From: Nanoarchaeum equitans Kin4-M
Lineage (GTDB): Archaea > Nanobdellota > Nanobdellia > Nanobdellales > Nanoarchaeaceae
DNA length: 32,000 nt
Direction of reading: 5' to 3'
Assembly: GCA_000008085.1 (NCBI GenBank)
Contig: AE017199.1
Location: 120,001-152,000, forward strand
The number at the start of each line of letters is the position of its first letter. The first letter of the stretch is position 1. A program made the translations under genes and the position numbers. Of this stretch, positions 1 through 8,983 are shown one piece after another. The notes beneath the pieces were generated by a model. The model saw only the letters and a program-made list of their open reading frames with translations. It was not told where the DNA came from and did not search any database.

Positions 1-114
1 AGGGATTATTATCTTATAGCCTTCGTAACCAGTTTTGTTTAATGGCTTTACTTCTATTCCTAAGTTTTCTAGCATTTCTATGTATTTATCTATAGCCAAT
101 TTCGCAACCCTCAT
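1..114 (-). CDS. Truncated CDS, N-terminal fragment beginning MRVAKLAIDKYIEMLENLGIEVKPLNKTGYEGYKIIIP; unknown function
   Basis: Open frame on minus strand from ATG at 114 to the window edge; manually translated. Confidence 0.5.
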   Translation of the reverse strand, partial: MRVAKLAIDKYIEMLENLGIEVKPLNKTGYEGYKIIIP

Positions 115-160
115 AACACTGTTATATATGGGCATTTAAATAATTTATAATAGTAACCGC

Positions 161-718
161 ATGTTACCCAATTTGGATAACCTAAAGGAAGAATATCAAA
201 AATTGGAAGAAAAGAAACAAGAAATTGTTGACCGTAGTATTAGAATGTCTAAGCTATCGAAATCTCTTATTTATTCTATGATTAGAGAAGATTACAAAAG
301 TGCCGACAAATATAAAGAAGAGCTAACTAATTTGGCAAAAACCCAAATTGAAGAGTTAAAAAAGTATCCAATGTTTTATTCTAACGGTTTTATAGGCTTA
401 CAAGAATATGTAGAAGCGCTGGCCTTATATTATTACATAAAAGAAAATAGAATCCCATCAAAAGAAGAGCTTGGAGTAGACACATGGGTTTATTTATTCG
501 GTATCGGCGATATAGCTGGGGAAATATTGAGAAAAAGCAGCGAAGAACTAATTAAAGGCAATATCGAATATGCTAAAAAGGCTAAACAAGATTTAGAAAG
601 CTTATATTTGGATTTGCTTTATATAGAGTTAAAGAATTTCGATTTGAGAAGGAAATTAGATTATGTAAGCAATATAATAAACAAGCTAATAGAGTTCATT
701 ATATGGAAATCCAAATAG
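161..718 (+). CDS. Translin/TRAX family protein
   Basis: 185 aa all-helical ORF with family-like motifs: GFIGLQEYVEALALYYYI, GIGDIAGEILRKSSE, LRRKLDYVSNIINKLIEFI. Confidence 0.75.
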   Translation: MLPNLDNLKEEYQKLEEKKQEIVDRSIRMSKLSKSLIYSMIREDYKSADKYKEELTNLAKTQIEELKKYPMFYSNGFIGLQEYVEALALYYYIKENRIPSKEELGVDTWVYLFGIGDIAGEILRKSSEELIKGNIEYAKKAKQDLESLYLDLLYIELKNFDLRRKLDYVSNIINKLIEFIIWKSK

Positions 719-790
<72 letters not shown>

Positions 791-867
791 AGAGGTTGTA
801 ATGTATGGACTTTAAAAAATTTTGAGAGGTTATAAATATTTTTAATATTTAAATACAAATTTCAACC

Positions 868-1935
868 ATGGAAGAGTTTATCCGAGCTGCACAGGAAAGA
901 GCAAAGATGGATGAAAAACAACAAATAGATGAATATCTTAATAGAATAAAGAAAAAAATTAAAGTTATTGGTGTCGGGGGTGCTGGATGCAATACTATTA
1001 ATAGGTTATATGAATTAGGCTTACAAGATGTTGAACTAATTGCAGTTAATGCAGATGTAAAAGATTTGGCTAAAATAAAAGCTCATAAAAAAGTATTAAT
1101 AGGAGAAGAAGTTACTCGTGGTTTGGGTACAGGAAGAGACCCCGAATTAGGAGAACAAGCTGCAAGGGAAAGTGAGAAAGTAATAAAAGAGCTATTGCAA
1201 GGAACAGATATGGTTTTTATTACTTTTGGCCTTGGTGGGGGCACAGGAACTGGGGCTGGCCCAGTTATTGCTGATATAGCCAAACAAATGGGTATACTAA
1301 CAGTAGCCGTAGTGAGTTGGCCCTTTTCTAGTGAGGGTAATTTAACATTAAGAAACGCCCAATGGGGATTAGCAAGATTAGAAGAAACTACCGATACACA
1401 TATAGTTATACCAAACGATAAATTATTAGAAATAGCGCCTAATTTACCAATTGCTGTAGCATTTAAATTAAGCGATGAAGTTTTAGCTAACACTATTAAA
1501 AAAACCACAGAGTTAATATTAAAACCTGGCCAAGTCACAAGAGATTTCGCAGATTTGAAAGTAATATTAGAGAATGGCGGTTTAGGTATGGTTGGCTTTG
1601 GAGAATCCGATTCGGAAAACAAAGCATTAGAAGCTATTGAGAGAGCAATAAACAATCCATTATTGGATACAGATGTTAGTGGGGCGAAAAGGGCTTTGTT
1701 GCACATAGTTGCAGGCCCCGACTTTAAAACAGAGGAATTAAACAAAATATTAGAATATGTTAGCAATAAACTAGACCCAGAAGCGAAATTATTATGGGGT
1801 CTATGGATTGAAGAGGAAAAGAAAGGCAAAGTCGAAATAATGATTTTAGTAACAGAGCTAAAGAATGTACCCGATTATCTAAAAATAAGCGAAAAAAGAA
1901 AGAAGAAAGATGAATTAGGAATAGATGTTATCTAA
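868..1935 (+). CDS. ftsZ: Cell division protein FtsZ
   Basis: 355 aa; VIGVGGAGCNTINRL, NADVKDL, FGLGGGTGTGAGPVIADIAK tubulin/FtsZ signature. Confidence 0.97.
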   Translation: MEEFIRAAQERAKMDEKQQIDEYLNRIKKKIKVIGVGGAGCNTINRLYELGLQDVELIAVNADVKDLAKIKAHKKVLIGEEVTRGLGTGRDPELGEQAARESEKVIKELLQGTDMVFITFGLGGGTGTGAGPVIADIAKQMGILTVAVVSWPFSSEGNLTLRNAQWGLARLEETTDTHIVIPNDKLLEIAPNLPIAVAFKLSDEVLANTIKKTTELILKPGQVTRDFADLKVILENGGLGMVGFGESDSENKALEAIERAINNPLLDTDVSGAKRALLHIVAGPDFKTEELNKILEYVSNKLDPEAKLLWGLWIEEEKKGKVEIMILVTELKNVPDYLKISEKRKKKDELGIDVI

Positions 1936-2488
1936 TTTTGTTCGCTCTTAGTACAATCTCTTTATTTTTTTCGTCTCTAAAACAAGAGTATATGTACTTT
2001 TCTGCACAGTATATTTGAGAAGTATCACAACTCTCCTCCGAAGGAACTATAAGGATATACCCCCTACCACTTATAAATTCACCACCTATAATTTTACAAA
2101 AATATCTTCCATATTTTCCTAAAATTGTTGCATGATATATGTACACTACCTTAGATTTGTTTGCTTCTATGTAGATAGGATAAAAACAAACCACTTCTCT
2201 ATATAGCTCCGTAATTTTTGAAGGTAAGTTCTTTTTTAGTTTGTTTGTAAGGGCAACTAAATCAAGATATTTTCCAGTCTGATTTCGAATAGTGGAATCT
2301 TCTATATAATACCTTAAAAGGTAGCCTGCACTTACTTTTACAGCTTTGCATGCCATCTCTGCCTCTCTAACATCGTACAGAAAATCTAAAAAGTTTTGCT
2401 TGTTTGCTTGGAGTTTGTCAACTATGATACCTAAAGCAAAGATCACCCATATTAAAATGTAAAAAAATAAAGTTATATACGCTAGCAT
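1928..2488 (-). CDS. Hypothetical N-terminally membrane-anchored Cys-containing extracellular protein (cluster member E)
   Basis: ORF track begins at 2527, but the Met at 2488 (MLAYITLFFYILIWVIFALGII) overlaps the upstream stop by 7 nt; single N-terminal TM; Cys-rich C-terminus. Confidence 0.75.
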   Translation of the reverse strand: MLAYITLFFYILIWVIFALGIIVDKLQANKQNFLDFLYDVREAEMACKAVKVSAGYLLRYYIEDSTIRNQTGKYLDLVALTNKLKKNLPSKITELYREVVCFYPIYIEANKSKVVYIYHATILGKYGRYFCKIIGGEFISGRGYILIVPSEESCDTSQIYCAEKYIYSCFRDEKNKEIVLRANKIR

Positions 2489-3342
2489 TGTATATAACCG
2501 CCATATTTTATGCTTTTTATATTGCAACTATACTTTTTCCCATTTATTATAGTTTCCATTGTCGGAACACCAGTTACAGGGCTCCCTTCAATATATTTTT
2601 TTACTTCCTCCTTATTAGATGTAGAAATGGAGTCACAGCTACCTTCAATTTTCCCGTTTTTTATCTCAAAATTCCCTTGACATAGTATAGTAGTAATTTC
2701 TATAGTGCTGGTTTTTTCTTCAATTTTGATTGGAGGATTGTTGTAAATTATCTCATCAAATGGATTGCAAAAATAGTTTTGTGCGAATTCCCCTCCAATG
2801 TTGTTACAAATTTCTTTAGAAACAGGAGAGATACAGAAATAGTATTCATTACCTGCACTCCTTTTTACTAAGCAACTACCTTCATCTTTGGATGGTATTA
2901 CATTATTGTATTCGAACACATCTTCACAATACAAGTATTGGGGTAATAACTTATAGGGATTAACGTTATAATATAGAATATCGAAGGTGTTTAGCTTTAT
3001 GTAAGTAAATAAACATATTGTTTTTTTGCCTTTTAATGCTAAACTTACTGGTATAACAATATAGGGCAGGTCATTTATACATTTAGCGTATAGCTGGGGT
3101 AAAACAGAAACCAAATCTTTATAACACATGTGCAATATTTTTGGATTTTTTAATATAGAACAATCTAAAGAGAATTTATAGTTAGCACATATCTGTTTAG
3201 CGTGCTCTTTAATTATATTTGATTCCCATTGCTTCGATGGAATTTTAGTTTTTTCGAAAACACTATTCATTAATATTAAAGAGAATGCTGCCCCTATTAG
3301 TCCAATAAGAATATATACTATTGTGCTAATCGCGCCTCGCAT
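2482..3342 (-). CDS. Hypothetical N-terminally anchored Cys-containing protein with class III-like leader (cluster member D)
   Basis: Starts MRGAISTIVYILIGLIGAAFSLILMN; module YYFCISPVSKEICNNIGGEFAQNYFC. Confidence 0.8.
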   Translation of the reverse strand: MRGAISTIVYILIGLIGAAFSLILMNSVFEKTKIPSKQWESNIIKEHAKQICANYKFSLDCSILKNPKILHMCYKDLVSVLPQLYAKCINDLPYIVIPVSLALKGKKTICLFTYIKLNTFDILYYNVNPYKLLPQYLYCEDVFEYNNVIPSKDEGSCLVKRSAGNEYYFCISPVSKEICNNIGGEFAQNYFCNPFDEIIYNNPPIKIEEKTSTIEITTILCQGNFEIKNGKIEGSCDSISTSNKEEVKKYIEGSPVTGVPTMETIINGKKYSCNIKSIKYGGYIQC

Positions 3343-4808
3343 GTTTCTAAATCAATAACACATACATCTCCGGTTTCGATTTTGTTACTTTTATCAATAA
3401 TAGCCTCTCCACTATTCTGTATATGTAAATATCTTTCTTCGATAGTATCCAATGGTTTACCATTGTTGAACAAATTTCCTATATCGCAGTATACTTTTTT
3501 TTGATTAACTATTGCATCTTTTACCCTAGAGAGCAAGGTGTTAAAATCCAAATTTTTCTTTTCGGCGCATTCTTTTATTTTTCTAATACAATCTATTTTC
3601 AATGTATAAAAGTTATTAACATGTATAGCATTGTCCCTTAGTATTGCTATATTATGCAATAATGTGTTGATTGCTTTCACATAGCAGTTATAATTTTTTT
3701 TGAAGTTATTGATGTTATCATTACTCTTCAAATCATCTTTGTTTAAACAAAAATCGTTTAAGACATCGGAGAGCCTTTTGTCAGAACTAAGACACCTCAC
3801 TGGAGTATCAATGGTATCGACAATGTTATCTTCTATAATCTTGCACCCCAACAAATTATTTATCTCGTTAGCTAGATTGTATAATTTACTGTTAGAACCT
3901 GTTTTAAAACCACTACCGCAATCAAAATAGTCTTTTATAGCACTTTCTAAACTATTGGCCAAGCTTTCAAAAAAGTCTCTCCTCTTTTGGTTTTCATAAT
4001 TAGTAATAGCAGTAAAGATGTCACAATCTTTACCACTACAGTAATCTATAGTTTTTTTATAATCATTCAGCCTACCCTCTAATCCAAGGCTTCCTATCCA
4101 ACTGCTAAAAGCATTTTGTATATCTTTATTTTCCACTCTAGTCCCATCGGAAGAGTCTATGTGGTACTGAGTATCATAGTATACTTCTGTGTTTATAGCA
4201 TAGAGGAAACTAGTGCAAAACCTTAGAGGCATAGGTTTTCCAAAATGTTTACAAACCTCTAATGGAACAGGGGTAACACAATAATATTGTTTATTGTATA
4301 CATAACAATCTACTAAAGTATTACCCAATTTTAATTGTTCTAAGAAATAGGTTATAAAACCTTCCTTTTCGGATAAAGCTTTATAACAAGTTAAATAATA
4401 ATTGTAATTGTCAATATTTGTTATAACCGCTTTTTTTAATTTCGTTTTGTCCTCTTCTTTTATATTTTCCCTATAAATAAACTTATATACTGCTTGTATG
4501 CAATGGTTATCTTTTGTTACAGCCAATGGCAAATAAAACCCTTCTGGAAGGTCTTCTCTAAATAATATTTCTAAAGCTTTTATTTTGTTATACCTATCTT
4601 CTAACCTAGCTATGGGTTGTAAATTAATTGGATACTCTATATTAATAGTAGGGTTTTCTTTTGGTGTGGCAAATTTTACCAATTCCACGCTAGTAAGTTG
4701 TTCTATGTTCTTTTTACTTTTCAATGTTGAAAAAGATAAATAACCAACTATTGCAATAGCCAATAATATTAGTATTATATATTTAATTTCATCGAATATC
4801 GCTCTCAT
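3318..4808 (-). CDS. Hypothetical N-terminally anchored Cys-rich protein (cluster member C)
   Basis: Likely start at internal ATG 4808 (MRAIFDEIKYIILILLAIAIVGY), making an ATGA overlap with the upstream stop; module YYCVTPVPLEVCKHFGKPMPLRFC. Confidence 0.8.
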   Translation of the reverse strand: MRAIFDEIKYIILILLAIAIVGYLSFSTLKSKKNIEQLTSVELVKFATPKENPTINIEYPINLQPIARLEDRYNKIKALEILFREDLPEGFYLPLAVTKDNHCIQAVYKFIYRENIKEEDKTKLKKAVITNIDNYNYYLTCYKALSEKEGFITYFLEQLKLGNTLVDCYVYNKQYYCVTPVPLEVCKHFGKPMPLRFCTSFLYAINTEVYYDTQYHIDSSDGTRVENKDIQNAFSSWIGSLGLEGRLNDYKKTIDYCSGKDCDIFTAITNYENQKRRDFFESLANSLESAIKDYFDCGSGFKTGSNSKLYNLANEINNLLGCKIIEDNIVDTIDTPVRCLSSDKRLSDVLNDFCLNKDDLKSNDNINNFKKNYNCYVKAINTLLHNIAILRDNAIHVNNFYTLKIDCIRKIKECAEKKNLDFNTLLSRVKDAIVNQKKVYCDIGNLFNNGKPLDTIEERYLHIQNSGEAIIDKSNKIETGDVCVIDLETCEARLAQ

Positions 4809-5557
4809 TTTATTATATTTTGGTTGGTTTTTAAATAATAGCAATAGCCTTTAGCGCTATCGGATGAAGCTCTATACACAGTAATTATCTTTCTAACTTC
4901 TGTATCTATTTGTACATTGCTTGGTCTGCTATAGAAATAGCAGACATAATAGTTAACAGTAAGCAATTTCATTGTTGGCGATCCATCTACTATATACCCA
5001 GAAGGAGTATAATAGTATATATTATCTTTTTGAATTGGGAATAGGCTATCTAAAACTATTACTAATTCATCAATGGATGGTAAGCTATTTATATAATCTA
5101 TACAGTGCCTCCATCTAAGGATTTTACCTCCAATCCTATAACAATAGGGTTGGTTTGCTTCTAATAATATTGTACCTTTAGAACTGTCGACCCTACAACA
5201 ATAGCTATCTACTACTGGTTTAGTTCCTACTATACCATATCTTATTAAAGCCAATAAATTACCTCTATACTCTTTTGGTATTAGCCTATCGCTTTCCCAT
5301 AGGCCTAAAGAGTCGTGGGCTAATAAATAGGATACCTTTGCGTAAGGCATAGGGGATTCATCGATAGCATAAGGGTAAAAAGTATCGCTTATAATTAAGA
5401 AATACCTATAAGGATTATAATCAAATTCCAAAGGTTTTATCTTATCGCTTATTCCTTTGGTTGTTTTATTTATGGATTGGGCTGTGTTGTTGAATACTAT
5501 ACTAACTACTCCTAAAAACATTATTAGTATTATTAGAGAACCTAACCAAGAGATCAT
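4805..5557 (-). CDS. Hypothetical N-terminally anchored Cys-containing protein (cluster member B)
   Basis: Likely start ATG 5557 (MISWLGSLIILIMFLGVVSIVF), ATGA overlap with upstream stop; CC...LL...YCYRIGG...RHCID module. Confidence 0.8.
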   Translation of the reverse strand: MISWLGSLIILIMFLGVVSIVFNNTAQSINKTTKGISDKIKPLEFDYNPYRYFLIISDTFYPYAIDESPMPYAKVSYLLAHDSLGLWESDRLIPKEYRGNLLALIRYGIVGTKPVVDSYCCRVDSSKGTILLEANQPYCYRIGGKILRWRHCIDYINSLPSIDELVIVLDSLFPIQKDNIYYYTPSGYIVDGSPTMKLLTVNYYVCYFYSRPSNVQIDTEVRKIITVYRASSDSAKGYCYYLKTNQNIIK

Positions 5558-7263
5558 TTTACTAAATCTAAACAATCACGCTCTACCCAAATACCTGTGC
5601 AACCAGCTGGATCGTTAGAAGTGTTAAAGAGTAACTGTTCTTTAATGTTATCCCATTTAATGCAACAAAATCCATTATCTATTGATTCGTTAACTGTTAC
5701 TTTTATATTACCCCAGTTTTCCTTGTTTATAATCAAATAGTTTTTGTAGATCCCATTACCCTCTTTAGGAAGAGTTTTTATTGTTTCGCAATTATTAATG
5801 TATGCGGGAAACACATATATGTTGGGATAACCGAATTTAATAAGTTTTACTATTAATAGGCCATTCTTTTCTTCTATAGGCAAAATATCGATTTGTCCAT
5901 TTAAGGCATTACATATCTCTTCTGGAGCTTCTATAGCTATTAAGCCTTTTTCACAAGGTATTTTGCAAACTTTCCCACTATCGATAATATTTAAATCGTA
6001 TATGCTATATTTAAACTCGGTATTGGCTTTTTCGAAATATTTACTTACTATATTCTCTATTTTCTCTTCTTCAATCCAACAAAGTTTTCCGAATTCCCCT
6101 ATTGTGTAAGAGGTTTTTACTGGCACGTTATTGGCAATTTGTTTGGCAGGGGCAAAATATTGGTTACATATATATACCTTGTTCATACTATTTACTAAGT
6201 CCTTGTATCCTTCATCTTTTGGAGAAATAACATCTACTTTGGTTAAAAATATCTCACTTTCCCAACCGTTTATTGTTTTTCTTGGTATGTCTGGGGAAAC
6301 AGCTTCCAATAGATTGTTTTTAATTATAAAACCTCTATCTACCTTGTACATAAATTCGTTGTAGTCTAAGAATAGCCAATAGAATCTATCAGGATTTAAT
6401 TGAGACCACACCAAATCTCTATATCTAACACAAAAATCTCTATTAGATGGGAAAACTTTTTTATCAGCGATTTCGCCTTTTTTGATAAACGCTACGCATT
6501 TTCCTACTTTTAATGCGTCTACTTTTAGATCCAAATCAGGAGTACGTGAGATCGTTTCAGCTTTTTCCTCTAAAAAATTAATTTTTTCGTTTTCATCCTT
6601 TTCTATAAATTGCTTCAGAATATCTCCATTCCGTAAACTATTAATTTTTACTCCATCTTTTATTTTATAACATAGAGTTGAAACTTTCACATAATTGTCT
6701 GCCTCATTGGGATTCATCTTTATTAATTTTCTGTTTGTATCGTCATATAAAAACAATATATAGCCTTTGTATTGTTTATTGCGTTCATCATAAGATATAT
6801 TATGTATATAGCCTTGGCTGAATAGTTTCAAACAGTCATCAAATTTTATGTTTATCTCACTTATTCCATTATATATAGCGTAAACTATATTTAATTTTCC
6901 TGCACTTATGTCTATATTTTTAGTTTTAGGATGATCATCTTTATCAACAAAGTTAATTTCGAAAGAATTAGAAGAGAGCAAAGTTTGGGAAAGTTTCCAA
7001 GTGTATTTCTCTAGTATAGGCTTACTATAAGGGGGAGCCCTCCTAAAGGGATCATATTTATAAGATAAAGTAAACTCTATGGGCTTCTCCTCTATAGATG
7101 GGGCAAAATTCTCTGTAGCAGTTTCTCCAACTTCTTTTGCTTGTTTAGATAAAGCCGCTAATGGATTTACTGTTTTGAAAAAACTGAAAGATATTATTGC
7201 TATAGACATTAGAGCAACAACTATTGCAGAGATTAGCCATATTATATTGGATAGGGCCCTCAC
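5554..7263 (-). CDS. Hypothetical N-terminally anchored Cys-rich protein (cluster member A, first gene)
   Basis: 569 aa, GTG start, MRALSNIIWLISAIVVALMSIAIISF leader; many Cys; two copies of the Cys/Gly module. Confidence 0.8.
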   Translation of the reverse strand: MRALSNIIWLISAIVVALMSIAIISFSFFKTVNPLAALSKQAKEVGETATENFAPSIEEKPIEFTLSYKYDPFRRAPPYSKPILEKYTWKLSQTLLSSNSFEINFVDKDDHPKTKNIDISAGKLNIVYAIYNGISEINIKFDDCLKLFSQGYIHNISYDERNKQYKGYILFLYDDTNRKLIKMNPNEADNYVKVSTLCYKIKDGVKINSLRNGDILKQFIEKDENEKINFLEEKAETISRTPDLDLKVDALKVGKCVAFIKKGEIADKKVFPSNRDFCVRYRDLVWSQLNPDRFYWLFLDYNEFMYKVDRGFIIKNNLLEAVSPDIPRKTINGWESEIFLTKVDVISPKDEGYKDLVNSMNKVYICNQYFAPAKQIANNVPVKTSYTIGEFGKLCWIEEEKIENIVSKYFEKANTEFKYSIYDLNIIDSGKVCKIPCEKGLIAIEAPEEICNALNGQIDILPIEEKNGLLIVKLIKFGYPNIYVFPAYINNCETIKTLPKEGNGIYKNYLIINKENWGNIKVTVNESIDNGFCCIKWDNIKEQLLFNTSNDPAGCTGIWVERDCLDLVK

Positions 7264-7308
7264 TAAGATAAATAAATAACCCCATTTAAATACTAAGTGC
7301 AGTTAAGT

Positions 7309-8406
7309 ATGAAGCCTATAATAGAATACTATTTGCAAAAATATAACAAAACAATCAATATAAGCGATATAGCAAAATTGGTTAAACATAACTCTAACAT
7401 CTCCATAAAGAATATAACTATTGAGAATAACATCTCTATAGGCATACCAAAAAGCCCTAGTATAGATTTTAATCTATCCTATTTGTTTGTTTTGGCGATT
7501 ATTATTTTTCTTATAAAGTTTAGGGGGTTGTTTAGCCCCAACCCATTGAAAAGGTTCATTTATTTGCTAAAATTGCTAGGCAAAAAATATTATGAATCGA
7601 ATAGAGAATTTATTAGAAAATCCATATTTAAGAAATATTTAGAAAAGAAAAATAGATTATTCGAAAAACATATATTCCTTCTATTTTTGTTTGGAGGTTT
7701 CTCGAAGACAATTTTAATAGAAAAAGACCAATTTTTATGTAATCCTAATTATTCTATCTTAAATTATATAGATAAGGATTTGCTTAAGCGATACCCAGAA
7801 TATTCAATGTTTTTTGTTTACAATGGGTATATTTTTAATATGGCTTCCGAAGTTGAAGGTATTCCAATATTAAAGGGCTATTTTGGGATATGGAATTTCA
7901 GTTCTAAAAAATGTGAAAACTATAAAGAAAGAACTTTGATAGCGTATAAAGACAATAATATAATAATTGGAGACAAAGAGTTTTTCATTTATAATAAAAA
8001 GTTAAATATAGACTTTAATGCCTTGGATTTGGCCAAATTTCTATATAACCAATTCAAAAACATAAACATTCCAATAAACATAAATATTTACCAATATATA
8101 AAGGGATTGTCTATACCAATAGCTTATTTGTTTTATGTTTTTATGACTATGTTTTTGCTGTTTAGGATCAAAAATATTAAAATAAGAAAGCCGAAAGTAG
8201 ATATTAATTTTTGGGGGTTGGAGTTATACAAATTAACTGGAGATAAAAAATATTTGGAAAGAAAAATTAATGTTTTGTTTTATATTATAGAGCGTATAAA
8301 ACTTCTTTCAAATAATAATAAACAGCTATCGTTAAGGCAATCCCTAACAAGGTTAAAATTAGGCCTGCCCAAAAGTATAAATCGGTTTTTGGTAAAAAGG
8401 GGCTGA
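7309..8406 (+). CDS. Hypothetical multi-pass membrane protein
   Basis: Long ORF (track start 7297 GTG; ATG at 7309) with hydrophobic segments LSYLFVLAIIIFLI and GLSIPIAYLFYVFMTMFLLF; divergent from the cluster. Confidence 0.65.
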   Translation: MKPIIEYYLQKYNKTINISDIAKLVKHNSNISIKNITIENNISIGIPKSPSIDFNLSYLFVLAIIIFLIKFRGLFSPNPLKRFIYLLKLLGKKYYESNREFIRKSIFKKYLEKKNRLFEKHIFLLFLFGGFSKTILIEKDQFLCNPNYSILNYIDKDLLKRYPEYSMFFVYNGYIFNMASEVEGIPILKGYFGIWNFSSKKCENYKERTLIAYKDNNIIIGDKEFFIYNKKLNIDFNALDLAKFLYNQFKNINIPININIYQYIKGLSIPIAYLFYVFMTMFLLFRIKNIKIRKPKVDINFWGLELYKLTGDKKYLERKINVLFYIIERIKLLSNNNKQLSLRQSLTRLKLGLPKSINRFLVKRG

Positions 8407-8983
8407 TCCCTATAAGGTTATAAACCAAAGTAGATAGTATATTATTAATTAAAGGCTCTATATAGAAATAATTTATTAGCAAAGCTATCCCGATGGGAAT
8501 TAAAATAGAGACCAAAAAATATAATTGATAGCTATTCTCTTCTAAGGCCCTTTTTATAAATACTGCTATCGATATTATAGCTAAAACCAAGGGGATAAAC
8601 AGTTTATTTAATATAGACTTTAATCTATTCGCTATAGAATCATAAGAGTTTTGTAATATAGCATACCATTTGTTTGCTAAAAATGTTAATATATTATTTT
8701 TAACCACTTCGGGTTTTTCTAATAAGTCTTTACAACTAACTTCGTATGGGTATTCTAGATTTTCTTTAACATATTGCTTTAGCAAAGGTTCTGTATATTT
8801 AGGATTAATCCTACAACTATATTGGTATTGCATTAACGATATTACCATTGGCATATAGAATTGTTTCCTATTGTTTTCGATTAGTTGTTTTACTTTGTTC
8901 GGGGCATTATCTATTATTGGATAGGCAAATAAAGGGGTTAAACCGATAGTTAATAATATAAGACCAATTATTAGCTCTATCAT
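8285..8983 (-). CDS. Hypothetical membrane protein, several TM segments and a Cys-containing loop
   Basis: Likely start ATG 8983 (MIELIIGLILLTIGLTPLFAYPI) giving an ATGA overlap with upstream gene; TM segments at LFIPLVLAIISIAVF, LYFLVSILIPIGIALLINYF and FWAGLILTLLGIALTIAVYY. Confidence 0.7.
   Translation of the reverse strand: MIELIIGLILLTIGLTPLFAYPIIDNAPNKVKQLIENNRKQFYMPMVISLMQYQYSCRINPKYTEPLLKQYVKENLEYPYEVSCKDLLEKPEVVKNNILTFLANKWYAILQNSYDSIANRLKSILNKLFIPLVLAIISIAVFIKRALEENSYQLYFLVSILIPIGIALLINYFYIEPLINNILSTLVYNLIGISPFLPKTDLYFWAGLILTLLGIALTIAVYYYLKEVLYAL

Noticed and set aside
1083-1829. 248 aa antisense ORF within ftsZ
   Set aside because: Antisense to a clearly conserved gene; composition (Ser/Pro/Thr-rich) typical of a reverse-strand shadow ORF.
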